NCBI GenBank assembly: GCA_964016885.1
Contig: OZ024740.1
Location: 383,718,001-383,782,000, forward strand
Length of the DNA: 64,000 bases
Direction: 5' to 3'
Origin: Eledone cirrhosa
Lineage: Eukaryota
Position numbers and translations under genes: made by a program. The notes beneath the pieces are model-generated. The model saw nothing but the letters and a program-made list of their open reading frames with translations. It was not told the DNA's origin and did not search any database. Positions 26,034 through 40,671 of this stretch are shown here, piece after piece. Every line of letters starts with the position of its first letter. Position 1 is the first letter of the stretch.

Positions 26034-26735
26034 CATACATATACATATAAATATATAAATATATATATTTATATATATACATACATACATATATGCACGT
26101 TTCAATGTGTGCATATATGTGCACTTATATCTACATTTCAAACTGAACATTATATACCGCTATGTTGCTATAATTGTCCACCTTGCAACCCCAGAAAAGT
26201 AAACAAACAAATGAATGAACAAATAAGTAAATAATAAAAGATACGCCATTATCATAAACATATAATAGCAAAATTAACAGTAGTAAAGTATAGGAAGAAA
26301 ACATGATGAATTAAGCATCTGTGAGCGAAAGGCAATCTAGAATAATCTAATTAAAGTAATTGCGAGAACGAAAGTTACCGTTTGTGCAATGAGTAAAGAT
26401 AAGCTTAGTATATAGTATAGAACAAGTTAAACAGAAATCAAATGTGGAACGAAATCAGTCTTGTTAATGATAGAGAGTCCACGAGAAGGGGAGAGAGGAT
26501 GTTTGTGAGAAACACAGAAGGAGGAGTGAGATAATGTGTGTATGTGTGTATGTGTGTATGTGCAAAGGTGTATGTGTACTGTGAAATGTAAAGTGTTGTA
26601 GAGTAAGATATACAGATTATATAAGTAAAAAGTAAGGAACAGGTGGATTAAAGTGGACACTCAGTTGAGAGATACACAGTAGAGAAGTCAAATAAACCGA
26701 GAAGAAGAAGAAGAAGAAGAAGAAGAAGAAGAAGA

Positions 26736-27622
26736 ATGATTTAATTTATTAGCCACAAGGGCCGACATGTAGGGGACAATACAAAGACAGGGACAGTGGG
26801 TGTTTACAATAAGGTCGAGTAAAAGTGCACAATGGCAAGACTAATTTAACAATGAAAATATAAAAATATAAAATAAACTATGCATAAATATAACAAAATA
26901 AATTCCCCGATAGGGGGTGGACGACCCTGGGGTGATTTGGGTACCCCACCAATTCTGAACCACCCTGCGCTTCTAGGGCACCCAGGAGAGCACCCCTCTC
27001 CTCAAGTGAGGCAGCCTATAGGCGCATGGTCAGAGTAGGCCCATTCACACGAGCCATTCTCGCCACATTCACCCACCTTTTAGCAAATGTACTGGGGGGC
27101 AGCACTTCTCTCTCCACCCTCACCCTCCTTTCCAGGTGAAACTTGAAGAAGTTGATGAGGGATAGTCCTTTCAACCTGGTCCACCATATAATCTCTTTCG
27201 CAACTGCCACCAGACAGAGGAAAATGTCCTGCTCTTCCTGACCTTAGGAAGGTGGCGGCTCGATCTTCACTTTGGACTCGGCCGATAGCCGGATTCGTTC
27301 CACACGCGACAGTAGCTGTTCGACATAACTCCACAAGTCAGTAAAGCACGGACATTGGACAAGTGCGTGCAGAACGGTTTCGTCGTTCTGTGCGCATCTT
27401 GGGCAGGTCCGTCTGACAGCACTTCCGTGCCTGTAGAGTTTATCCCGAACCGGCAGTGCCCCCCGGTAGCACTGCCAAGCGAGGGATTTCTGGAAATTGT
27501 CCATCGTCCGGCTCAAAAGTCCTCCGGTACAGACTGGTCAGTTCGACTTTGTCGAGGCCCAAAGCTTCTCCGAGTGCGTCATCGCACTTGCCCACCACTA
27601 ATCCTCTATAGAACTCGAGAGT
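26736..27622 (-). mobile_element. L1/Tx1-clade LINE 3' fragment
   Basis: zf-RVT-like LAWQCYRGALPVRDKL..CPRC..DETVLHALVQCP. 3' UTR with AATAAA directly before a (TTC)n tract at 26699-26735. Confidence 0.85.
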
Positions 27623-27844
27623 GAAATAATAATAATAATAATAATAATAATATCGGGACCTGTATCATATAAGAAAATTATAACATATAATCGAATCAGA
27701 AAGAAAAAAATGAATGAGAGAAAATAGGAGAGATGGATAACATAAATGATGGATTTTAGAGTTAATTGCACACAGATTTAAGGTGCGGTAAGAAACACCC
27801 ACGAACATACACAAACGAATATATATATATATATATATATAGTA

Positions 27845-28065
27845 ATAATGGTTTCTTATATAGGCACAAGGCCAGTAATTTGGGGGGAGGGGAAAGTCGA
27901 TTAAATCGACCCCAGTGCGTGACAGGTACTTTATTTTATCGACCCCATAAGGATAAAAGGCAAAGTTAACCTCGGCGGGATTTGAGCTCAGATCATAAAG
28001 AGCCGTAACTCTATGCTGTAAAGCATGGCGTCCGACACTCTACCGATACTACCAATCCACCGCCC
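27845..28065 (-). mobile_element. tRNA-derived SINE, full length (cephalopod type)
   Basis: Minus strand: GGCGGTGGATTGGTAG head, B-box-like GAGCTCAAATCC, core GGTCGATAAAATAAAGTACC and an (ATT) tail. Confidence 0.85.
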
Positions 28066-28237
28066 TAATATATATATAGTAATAATGATAAGTGTGAAGA
28101 CTAAATCCAAAGAGGGCTCGATAAGTATAAATATATATCAAATATATAAGAATCCTAGAGCAAATATTTATCAGAAGATCCCGTTAAGGGTGAAAGCAGC
28201 GATTGTTTGCTTAAACTTTAATCTGTTATTTGAATAA

Positions 28238-28360
<123 letters not shown>

Positions 28361-28774
28361 GGGGTGTTGATGTATGTGTGTATAAATATATATTAAGATT
28401 GGTTCCACTTTTCATATTTCGATTTAAACTTAAACATTGATAATTCAAGCGTAACATGTTATGGTGGAGATGACTATACACCAGGACAGGAACTGCAATA
28501 GCAGTCGCAAGGGAGTGTATGATAAAACAAATTATGACGGTTATTTCGACTAGTTTCACAAGGACAATGATGGAAAAAATGTTGGTTCTAACCACTCGAG
28601 GGCCTCAACTCAAATCAAAATGCAATGAAAACAAGATAGTACAAGTGTGTCATTACCCAAAGCAGGCATTCCTATGCACATGCATACACACACATACGTA
28701 TATACATAAATACATACACACATGCCTGCATGCATACATACATGCATACACACATACATATATACATACATAAA

Positions 28775-30297
28775 TAATACATGATATGATGGCCGTAAAT
28801 TTGTGTTCGAGCATTGCCATTGCCTGATAAAATGTTAAAAAAATGTGAGGTCCGAATGTGGCTCTTTAAACCAGACTCGACCGCAGTTCTGGCAAACCAA
28901 ATTCTGCTCAACAGCAGGCAGTTCAGAAGGGTTCCTTTCCCCCACCCTCATTTTCAGGGTTAGGTGTTCTCTTCGATGAGTTTCAAAGTGTTTATTACCT
29001 GACTTGATTAAACCTCTCCACTTCACACACTCCTCAGCCACTTTTTCACGTTCGTCAGATGAAATTCCAGCGCAAGCCTTGGTGCCCCTGTCACAGACCC
29101 GGTAAAGCATTCTTGGTTTGTGCGGTGGTCGCCTTCCTTCGCACAGTTCACCGTAGAAAGGTTGCTTTGGAATACGATCATCAGACATCCGGACCACGTG
29201 ACTGCACCACCTCAGCCGATGCCGAAAGATCATGCTCTCTATACTCATGCATCTGATCCTTTCGAGAATTTCTAAATCACTGAAGAACATTTTCCATTGC
29301 ACCTCAAATATCTAAGAAGAGATTGTTGGTGAATCCTCTCCAGTTCCTTGAGGTGCTCTCTGTATGTGACCCACGTTTCACAAGCATAAAGTAAAGAGGA
29401 GACGACACAAGTGAGATATACTTTTACCTTTGTTTCAATGGTGATACCTCGTCCGGACTAGAAATGTTCATTCAGCCGTCCGAAAGCATTATTGGCTTTG
29501 TGATTCTTAAGGATATCTCATCATCAAGTGTGCATGAATTGTTCAACATACTACCAAGGTAAACAAAGTTGTCAGAAACCTTTAGCCTCTTTCCGTACAG
29601 ATACATACTTGATGGAGTGTATTATTTCCCAGGTGTTGGCTGGTACATCACAACAGTCTTTTCAACGCTTATTGTGAGGACCAAAGCGCTGAAAGCTTCA
29701 GAAAAAGCGTTCATAATATGCTGCATGTCATTTTGTCAGTGTACAAAAAGATCGTAGTCATCTGCGTACAAAGACTCTCGGATTATAGATGTTAATACCT
29801 TCGTGCTTGCACCAAAGCGCCTAATGTTGAACTACCTTCCTGAAGTGCGATACCTGATGTAAACTCCATGCAAAGAATCTTTTTGAAATTCCATGTGAAA
29901 CACTATCGCAAAATATAAGGAAAACAAAGTTGGAGACGGAATGTCCCCCTGCTACCCTCTATTTTCAACTGATATTGGTTCAGAAATGCTACCACCAATC
30001 CTGACGCAAGCCTTCATATCATCATCTAAAAGACACAGCATTTTCACAAACTTTGGATGGTAGCGAAGCCTTTCCAAAAGTTTCCACAACGCAGTTCGAT
30101 TGACGGTGCCAAAGGCAGGTCGATACATTGTTAGATACATTTTCTTGCAGCTGCTGAATAGAGACGAATATATCCATTGTTTCTCTTTCGTTTCTGAACC
30201 CACAACTCATGTAACACATTCAGAGTAACCTTTGAAACAAAAGTTCGACACATGACCTCACCAACTATTGAAAGAATTGATATGCCACGATAATAGA
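28775..30297 (-). mobile_element. RTE (BovB-like) LINE, degenerate and 5'-truncated
   Basis: YRGISILSIVG, AFGTVNRTALWKLL and RHRLRWCSHVVRMSDDRIPKQ..YGEL..GRR motifs. Confidence 0.88.
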
Positions 30298-30702
30298 TCC
30301 ATCCATCCATACATACATACATACATACATACATACATACATACATACATACATACATACATGGTGGCTGCCAACTCGTTTTCGAGTACGGCCACTACTT
30401 TATATTCATGTAGGAGAACCCCTACCGATGCGCTGAACGAGTGTGACTTTTTAGTCCAGCCAGCGACTTGAAAACTCTGGTACAAACACTACACTTGTGA
30501 CAATTATTGACACATAGTGCTTTGCCTTTGGTACCATGTGACGACAAGTGCAGAGAGATCTCCAGATATAAAGCAATGCCTGTGCTGTGAAGCTTTTATA
30601 GTGAGCAAAGGCACTGCACAAAGCCAGTCCCACTCTCTTAACCAAGATGATATTTACCAAAAAGAAGAACAAGTCAACATACATACATACATACATACAT
30701 AC

Positions 30703-32890
30703 ATAGCCACTGGAGATCTGTATGGGAAATGAATGACGGATTTAACAAACAAACTAAATGGCTAAAAGAACTGGAACAGGAATACTGCCAGCATGTTCGG
30801 ACAAAAGAATATGACATAGATGGGTCAATACTGAAAACAGCTTTACAGAAAATGTCGAATAGGTAATCATCAGGACCAGACATCATAACAGGAAACTGGC
30901 TGAAGAATTTCACCTTCTATCGGCAAGATCTCATACGGCTGTTTAGAGAAACCATCAAAGGTACATAAGAACTGCCCTGACTACTCTCCTCATCCCCCAA
31001 AATAGCCAAACCACCCTTGCTAAACATTACCATCCAATAGCCTGCCTGAACATCATGTGTAAATTATACAGTGGGTGTCTTAATCTGTTCTTACAAGATC
31101 ATTGTGCCACCATCAACATTATAACACCTGAACAAGCTGGTGGAAAGGAGGTGTGAGGCTGCATAGATCACCTACTAACAAATAAAAAGATACCGGAAAA
31201 CACAGCAAAGAATCGCAGGAAGATGACTGTGGTGTGGCTGGACTATCAGAAGGTTTTGCCACCTCCTGGGTGGATTACTAAGCCTTTACAGTTAGCCAAA
31301 GTTCAACAACCACCAGTAGCTGATGTTGAACACCTGACCAAAAACTGGTACCCCAATTTGATCCTTAGGGGTGAGAAGGAGCAAATTAAAGCTGATACAA
31401 TATACTACCTGATACGCATCTTTCAGTGCTGCTGTTCCTCCTTTCACTAAACCCACTATCATACCTGCTCACAAACACAGTTGTCATAGATGTTGGTCAA
31501 GAAGTATCTCCCATCTTTTCTTTGTTGATGATCTGAAGTTGTATTGGTCAAATACCAACTATATAAAAAAACAATTGGACCTCATTACGCAAATTTCCAC
31601 CGACATCAGAAGGAAATTTGGTGAGTCCAAGTGTGCATATTTGACAGTATATGGTGGAAGGATTGTGCCCTCCTCTGGAAATCAGGAATTGAACAGCTTG
31701 GCAATACAACCTCTACAGTCATGTGACAAATACAAATATCTTGGGCAGGATGAGAATGTCAGATATGATGGACCCATAAAGAAGGAGAGAACCAGAACTT
31801 AATACCTCAGGAGAGTAATGAAAATATAGTCATCAGCACTATCAGCGTACAACAAATACATTGCCCACAATACTTATTCTGTAACAATCATAACGCCAAC
31901 ATGTGGCCTGCTGAACTGGTTCATTACAAGAACCAAGTGAGATGGATGTAAGAACTCGCAAGCTTCTCATTGTTACTGGAAACTTTAACATATATGGTGA
32001 TGTGGAATAGGCTATACTTCTCACGCATTGAAGATCCTATTCAATGTTCGAGCAAGATTAAAAATGGATCAATTTACAGAGAAAGTTGTACAAGGGTACC
32101 TGAGATGAAAAACACAGACGATAGACGGGATATATTATTTAAAAAACCTGGCATGGAGATCCGACAAGTTTATGATATTCCACCTTGGGGGATTTCTCTA
32201 TGCAATACAGGAACAAGAAATCCCTAGCAAATATCTGCTACACAATAGAGTAGGGCTATTAGTCGTCAACATATGTAGGCTATGTAAAACAATTATCGAA
32301 GATGTTATCCACATTGTTGCCAACTGTAAAAGGTTGTTGTCTCGCTACTACCTCACTATGAGGAACGATGTTATAGCTAGAACCATTTGCAACGCACGTA
32401 GGAAAAAAAATTAAAAACAAATTAGGAGGAATATGTTGGGATAGATGGCACTAAAGAATATTGGTGTAACCTGAAAATAAAAACTGCCAGCAAATTAAGG
32501 CAGAACAGGCCTGATATTGTTGTTTGGAGCCACACATTGAAAATATGTTCTGTTGTAGTGATCAGCTGCCCACTTGATGTCAACGTTGTGAGAACAATAC
32601 AAGAGGACGACATCTACAGACCATTTAGGAGGAGTGTGTAGATCCAGTATCCAAGATACATCTTCAGCTTCATAACCAATATTATTGGAGCTACAGGTTA
32701 TATACCAGCCGGCTTGGACCGAAGTATGACTGAACTTGGATTTGTGGACAAAGAGCGCAGCAGCCGCCTTCAAAATTTTCAAAACATTCTTTCAATTCAA
32801 GGGACGACCCTTTTTTTCTTTCACCACCGTGCCACCAGGAAGGTGGCCGGTAGAAAAAGTACGCGAAATTAAGAGAAAGTGAAAGAGAAA
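30703..32890 (+). mobile_element. R4/Dong-clade LINE, family B, degenerate
   Basis: SGPD, YHPIACLN, WLDYQK, FFVDDLKLY, YKYLGQDE, AIQEQEI, CRLC..EDVIHIVANC and RQNRPDIVVW. (ATAC)n on both sides. Confidence 0.88.
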
Positions 32891-32955
32891 CATACATACA
32901 TAATACATATATACATACATACAGACATACATACATACAGACATACATACATACA

Positions 32956-35900
32956 GTCAACGCGATCAGTCGCATATTTTGGAGTGGGAGACTATTTATT
33001 AAATTTAAGATGAATACTATCTACGACAGTAATGCCACAATTACAGTCATGTTGAATAACTGGTTATTCGAATTCGTAGAGATATCCGACTAAATACATA
33101 ATTCATTTTACAAGGATTTGCTACAAACAGCATGGCTGAAAACAACATCATCAACAACATTAAGGAAGTACCTAAGACAAATAACAAGGAAGGTAAACAA
33201 ACTTTATTCAGTTGTAGCTACAGAAGAAACGGAAATTATAAATCGCATTTCTCTTCGAGTTGCGAACTTAATAATGGTTTATATAATTGTTATAAAATGG
33301 CAAAAACGAATCCCTCCATTGGCTATATGAACAGAATGAAGCTACACTGTTACGAAATACACCAAGAGCAAAATTATTTCACAGCAAAACAACTACGCAA
33401 ACAATAGACGTTTGTTGAACGTAAAAATAAGATAAATATTATTAATTGTAAGTCCCCCACAACAAACATGTTAGCAACAACACGTGCTACAGGTCGCCAT
33501 GCTACTAGAGTTCCTAGCAGCCAGGTCAAACAGCGCCTTGAAACAACTATGCCTGTAAGAAACTTGACACCACCTGTACCATCTAAGTCTACCTCAAATG
33601 CTGGGGAAAACACTATCGATAATAATAATAATCGAAGAAATAATAATGATAATCGAAGAAATTTGACACCACGTGAACCATCCGAGTCTACCTCGACTGT
33701 TGTGGAAAATATTATCGATAATGATAATAATCAAAAGTATAAACAATTGCAATTTTCCCTCAACGAATTCTTCCAGAAAGAAATTAATTCATGTATAAAT
33801 ATCTCTCTTGCTCAACGTATTAAAACGACAATGTTTAATAAAAAAAACCAAATTAATGAAATATTACGTGGGATGAATATTTACGACGGATAAAAACCCC
33901 AACATTTTGGCAAATCAACGCCTGTTTATATGCCTTTGCAACAACAGTGAAGCATTATCTTGGTGATAGCAGAGATATTAACAAGAACAGAAAACCACCA
34001 AAAATACCATCATATATAACTAAAATAGAAAAAAAGATTGCTGACCTACGAAATAACATAGGATATGTGACAATGCTCCTTACATGGAAACAAACTAAAA
34101 AAAAACGTCATTCCACACCAACAAAGAGTGAAAAATAAAATAGAGACGATGTTTGGTAACAGTAGAACCATAACTCTCCAATATAAGCTGATCACTCTCA
34201 AACAAAAATTGAGAGCTGTTAGCGAAAAACGCCGATACCTGAAGAAGGTAAATGAGAGAAACGTCATTAATAAAAGATTCAGACAAAACCAAACATCAGT
34301 CTATAGAGATATGAAGGACAAAATAATAAGTGACACTGAGGCCCCATCCCAGAAAGACATTAATTCCTTTTGGAGCAAAATATGGGGAGAAAAGAAGAAT
34401 TTCAACCAAGATGCAGTGTGGTTAAGAGAAATTCGAAATAATGATTTCTCCTACACTACAACAAAAACATACGAAATAAGTGAGGGTACTCTTGAGACTG
34501 TGATAGGAAAAGTCCAAGATAAGAAAACACCAGGAAGAGACATGATTGTCGGCTACTGGTACAAAAAACTGATCTCTACTAACAATTCTTAATAGAGATG
34601 CTCTTATACCAGAATGGTTGACATTACCACAAACATTACTGATCCCCAAGAATCCATTTGGCAAAAAACTATCGACCCATTGCATGCCAGAACCTGATGT
34701 ATAAGATGTATACAGCCTGCCTGAACCTATTCCTCCAAGATCACTGTTAAAATAATAATATCATCACAGATGAACAAGCAGCTGGAAAGAAAGTGTTTTG
34801 GGGATGTGCTGAACAACTCCTAATCAACAAAACTGCGATGTCGGAGGTGCGACAACTTAGGAGGAATATGGCTACAGCCTGTCTGGACAACAGCTAAGCT
34901 TTCGATTCTGTTCCTCACTCTTGGATGATAGAGGCCCTCCAACTTGCTAAAGTTCCAGACATTATTGTCAGAGCCATAGAGAGGCTGTCTTCTTCTTGGG
35001 ATACTATCCTAAGATTAAAGACAGAGAGGGAGGGTTCTATTTTCACTGATAAAATAAAATATTGCAGGTGTATATTTCAGGGGGACAGTCTCTCTGTGAT
35101 ATTATTCATCTTGTCATTTAACCCCTTGTCTGCTCAAGAAATGTGAAGCCTACATCATTGCCTCACAGGAGGACAGAAATACGAACCTATCCCATACTTT
35201 CTTTGTGGGCGATCTGAAACTCTATGCCAAGAACATGGATGGGACGAAGAAAATTCTTAACCTGTTTAAAACGTTCTCAAAGGATATAGGAATGGAGTTT
35301 GGCCAAGAAAAATGTTCATACATGACTGTAAAGCGTGGAAAAAACAACAACCCAATCTAGTAACATTGTCATCAATAGCCTAACTGTTTCACAGATATCT
35401 GATGAGGACTGCTACACATACCTGGGGATAGATGGAAACATATCCTATAATGGTATCTGTAATAAAGAACGCGTAACCAGGGAATACTACACCCGCTTAA
35501 GAAAGATCTGGTCATCGGAACTCTCTGCGCAAAACAAAACAGTGGCTCACAATGTGTTTGCTGTGCTTGTCCTAACACCAACGTTTGGAATACTCAATTG
35601 GACGATAGACGAAATCTGAGCAGTTGATGTTGGAACTCGAAAAAATACTAAACAACACCGGCAACTTCCACATCAACAGTGTCATAGATCGCCTTTACTT
35701 GAAACGTAAGCAGGGAGGCAGAGGTTTTACATAAGTCCAGACAACATTTGAATGTCGCATCATATCTCTCCGACAACATCTACGAACCTCGAAGCGTAGG
35801 AGCATGTTTCTCGAGCAAGTCTATCTGCATGAAACAGATAAGATCATGAGAGTTGGGAAGGATCTACTCGAGAGATATTCCCTGATTGATAATCAAAAAC

Positions 35901-36950
35901 CCACATCCAGAGAAGTCGCTCAGCACTATCTCAGTGAATCCATGGATGAAAAACTACACACTTATTAGCAAAGCATCATGCATGGATATGTTGCCAAGAA
36001 ACTCCAGAGTGAGAGTAATATAGATAAGGAAAGTAGTCTATCTTGCACCAACAACCGCTATATTGGCTCCCACTTTGAAGGATACGATTTTGCAATCCAA
36101 GAACAGGAGATTAACACGAAATACCTGGCTCACAAAGAGATAGGGATGCAGGAAAAAACACCTAGATGTGATAACAAGTGCAGACTCTGCAGAACTAACA
36201 CTGAGGATGTCGTCAGCAGCTGTCCAAAGATGCTATCGCGGTACTATCTACCTATGAGTTATGATGTAGTGGCCACAACACAGTACAATGCAGTTCGTAA
36301 AAAAGATAGCCACGATAATAAACACATTAAAAGCTACAGCAATGTGGAAGATATCCATCTACATAATATGAAAGAGTACTGGTGCAATATTCCAATAAAA
36401 ACCCAATAAAATGCAGGCATAACAGGCAAGATATTATGATATGGGACAGGAAGAAGAAAGCATGCACAGTAGTGGAAATTAGCTGCCCAGCAGATGCCAA
36501 TATAACATCAAAGATTAGTGAAAAGGAGAATATTTATGCAAAACTGATGAGAAATCTGCAGATACCACACCCTGATTACACCTTCAGATATTTGCCTGTG
36601 ATTATTGGGGCGCTGGAGTATGTTAGTAACTGCCTCAATACAAATCTTGAGAAGCTAGGCTTCACAGGAACAGAAAGAACATATCTAGTTAGGAAATTAC
36701 AAGTACAATCCATTAATGGAACAGTAAACATATGTAAAACATTCCAAACGTCTAATAACTGCATATACACATGTACAGATGCAAAGCATATACACATGCA
36801 CACATACAACTCAAAACATCCACATCAACACATACATGCATACATACATAGTAAATGTGTAAATTCCAATGAAAGACTCTTGTGTCTATGTTAGAAACCG
36901 ACTTCTCTCTCTATTGGTAAAACTTTGTGAAATTATAAAACCAGAAGAAC
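32956..36950 (+). mobile_element. R4/Dong-clade LINE, family A, near full length but disrupted
   Basis: N-terminal GYMNRM..TAKQLRKQ motif, RT, CRLC knuckle and RLE region (RHNRQDIMIWD..VEISCPAD). Both ends lie in (ATAC)n. Confidence 0.92.
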
Positions 36951-36978
36951 ATACATACATACATACATACATACCCAC

Positions 36979-37009
<31 letters not shown>

Positions 37010-37120
37010 CATACATACCTACCTACCTACCTACCTACATACATACGTACATACATACATACATACATACATACATACATACATACATACATACATGCAT
37101 ATATACACACATACATACAT
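36951..37120 (+). repeat. (ATAC)n/(CTAC)n microsatellite
   Basis: Tetranucleotide run directly after the element 3' end. Confidence 0.95.
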
Positions 37121-37410
37121 ATGCATGCACATTTTAAATTTGTAAAGTTTAGAATTAACACCTTACTTAACTTGTAAATTTATACTTTCGAAATGTGTTA
37201 ATACAGGTTACGTCAGTATAAGTAAATTAAATGTGCATGCAGTGAACATCTATCTACTCATTATTCTGTGGTATTTCTGTCAATATAAATTGACACATCC
37301 ATTATGATCAGTTGATTATCCTCATGAGATTATGCAGGCAAATTGATGTATAATTGTTATATCTAGTACAATAAAGCAATAATTTTACCGTTAATTATGG
37401 ATACATTATG

Positions 37411-37622
37411 TGGACGGTAGATTGGCAGTATCAGTAGAGCCGCGGGCACTATGCGCTTTGTGGCTTAGAGTTACGTCCCTTTACGTTCTGAGTTCAAATC
37501 AAGTCGAGATTAGCTTTGCCTTTCATCCTTACGGTAAGTAAAGAGCCAGTAACGAACGAGGGTCGATATAATCGACTTTGCCCTCCCAGCAAAATTGTTG
37601 GCCTTTTACTATATCAGAACCA
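37411..37622 (+). mobile_element. tRNA-derived SINE, diverged
   Basis: ggacggtagattggcag head, GAGTTCAAATC B-box, tttgcctttcatcctt and ggtcgatataatcgact. Confidence 0.8.
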
Positions 37623-37918
37623 ATTGGGGATTGATTGTATAATTATTTACATTAATCTAAACAATTGTCGCAACTTAAATCTTTTTGAATTGATTGATAT
37701 TTTTAATGATTCTCTCTAAAACCTTATATTATGATGTATAAGACTGCTTATCATCAATAATCCTGACCTTATATGGTGTATTACTACCTCGGATTAGTTT
37801 GACATGCATAATTGCTGATGATTGTAATACATTATGTTTTTTCATATTTTGAAATATATGACATAAGGGGATACCTCCATTAATAATTCAATTCTTTAAA
37901 CATACATAAATATATATA

Positions 37919-38142
37919 CAGTGGCGGTGGAAGGATTTTTGATTTGGGTGTGGTGTAAACTTTGGTCAATTTAGTGTAATGATTAGTTTAGCTATTTGCA
38001 CTATTAAATGATCGGAAAACTTCAATAAGCGATAAACATAACATGTATATAAATTGTAGCACATATACAAATATATGTGTGTTTTGCGAGTTTGGGGAGA
38101 AAAATATAATTATTGCGGTGGCATGAAGGTCCACCGCCCCTG
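37919..38142. mobile_element. MITE with 13-bp terminal inverted repeats
   Basis: CAGTGGCGGTGGA ... TCCACCGCCCCTG (1 mismatch) around an AT-rich non-coding interior. Confidence 0.6.
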
Positions 38143-38148
38143 ATTCAT

Positions 38149-38244
<96 letters not shown>

Positions 38245-38266
38245 ACACACACACACGCGCACACAC

Positions 38267-38360
<94 letters not shown>

Positions 38361-38512
38361 CTATATATATATATATATGGCTGAGCAGTGGGTCTGCTAA
38401 TATAGAGATCTGACTAAACAGCCAGTCAGTTAATATGCAAATCAAGCCCATCAGTCACTGCCTATTTCAGAAAATACCATATAGTTTCACTAGTTCTGAC
38501 AATAAGTAGTAA

Positions 38513-38559
38513 ACTCCACTGATGAAGGGTAATCACACAGAAACAACAATATCTGCAGT
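38513..38559 (+). ncRNA. Decayed type-I hammerhead in a ~310-bp island between (TA)n tracts
   Basis: actcca-CTGATGA-agggtaatcacaca-GAAA-caacaata-TC-tgcagt. Helix I pairs 5 of 6; helices II and III are damaged. Confidence 0.5.
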
Positions 38560-38688
38560 TCTGTTTGCATGCCAACACAAGAGCAAAAATGCGTGGCTCA
38601 TTCTACTGACATGGCTTATAAAAGAAGCTGTTTGCTTAATTGCAAACGAATCGAACATTATTATAAATATTCGAAAAAATCAAATTAC

Positions 38689-38798
<110 letters not shown>

Positions 38799-38970
38799 AC
38801 ATATATAAGCAAACAAAGCGTGGACAGTAGAAAACATTCTATACAGTTCAGGCTATAAAAGCGAAAATGATCATAAAAAAGCATCTTCATAACATGTACA
38901 TGTTATACAGATCCATTTTATACATATATGTTGAGCTTTTCGAGACCCATTTTTTAATATCAATTTCCTC

Positions 38971-39024
<54 letters not shown>

Positions 39025-39026
39025 AG

Positions 39027-39153
39027 AAGGGATATTTAATTTGTTGGAAATACAACAAATATAAATGTTCATAACTCATTCAGAGCACTCGACAGTATTC
39101 TGGAGTAAATATTCAATCATATTAAATAAATGAAACTATATTCATAAAACCAT
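39027..39153 (-). repeat. 3' tail fragment of the 25255-25697 family
   Basis: Diverged reverse complement of 25562-25690. Confidence 0.75.
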
Positions 39154-39160
39154 GTGTGTG

Positions 39161-39198
<38 letters not shown>

Positions 39199-39205
39199 TA
39201 TTTAT

Positions 39206-39251
<46 letters not shown>

Positions 39252-39739
39252 GTATATATATATGTATGTATATATATATATACATAAATATATATACACA
39301 TATATGGATATATATACACATATATGGATATATATATATATAAAGAATGAATAATAACAGTAAACATCATAAAAAGGTAATTTATTCCGTGTGCTTACAA
39401 GTGTTTCCACGGTGGTACTACAGCCTAGTTATGCTTTGTGCAAACTTACAAATATTTGCAGAACTCAAATATCCAATGCTGTGACCACTGTATCCTCAGA
39501 GCAGAATGGTAAAATGTACAATGTAAATACCCTTAAGTGGGGTTGTTGGGGAAGATAGAGTAGAAAAGGAAGAGAGAAAAGTAGGGGAGAGAGAGAGAGA
39601 GAAAGATATGCAGGGGTTGGAGAAGTAGGAGAGTGTTGTTTGTAGATATCTTAATCAAAATGTTATGGTAGGGGTTTTATTATACTGGTTACTTTTGGAG
39701 AGATGCGTTGATAGTTAAGGTCGGAATTATTTATTGCCC

Positions 39740-39920
39740 CATTTGTGTTGGGTCGCACATGCGGGACACATTCTTCATCGCTCGTACCAAATCTGCGATC
39801 AGAATATTAAACTTAGCACTACTGGACATTGCTGAGTTTTTGAGTATCAGATATTTGGAGGCCATGGGTTTGGCATAGTGTTTCGACACACGATTTCATA
39901 TAAAAAAAACCTCGCAAAAC
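39740..39920. mobile_element. Diverged PLE fragment (minus) joined to a plus-strand PLE tail
   Basis: Minus strand encodes [34 protein letters not shown]. 39880-39920 resembles the tail at 10560-10598. Confidence 0.8.
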
Positions 39921-40046
39921 TATATATATATACATATATATATAAATATAAATTAAGCGAAAACTACATTTCGGCGGGTAGAAAAAGGGAAACGGGCCGC
40001 AAAATCAGAGTTATGCCAGCATATATATACAGATATATATGGATAT

Positions 40047-40144
<98 letters not shown>

Positions 40145-40155
40145 TGTATATACAG

Positions 40156-40213
<58 letters not shown>

Positions 40214-40288
40214 TATACTGTATATATATATATACATATATACATACATATTTACACAGACACATATACACAGAAACACACACACACA

Positions 40289-40401
<113 letters not shown>

Positions 40402-40671
40402 GACGTATCTCCACAGAAATTAAGTAATGTCAGATATTAAATGGATGAAATGCACAAGATCGAGGAGTAGTGGCAATATCGTATACATAAATATACTGCA
40501 AAAGATATATGTATGTAAGGACAAATTGTATGAAATATAAGAAATACAACAAATTGTAAATGTAAGAAATATTACTGGGAATCTTAACCACGAGTATTCC
40601 TGGTAAATATATTATCGGTAAATATATTATCGCATTATACGGAGCCTGTGTGTTCTTATCATTGAGGCATT

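Noticed and set aside
28380-28680. Unique-looking island as a possible host exon
   Set aside because: No recognisable protein motif or convincing splice-bounded open frame.
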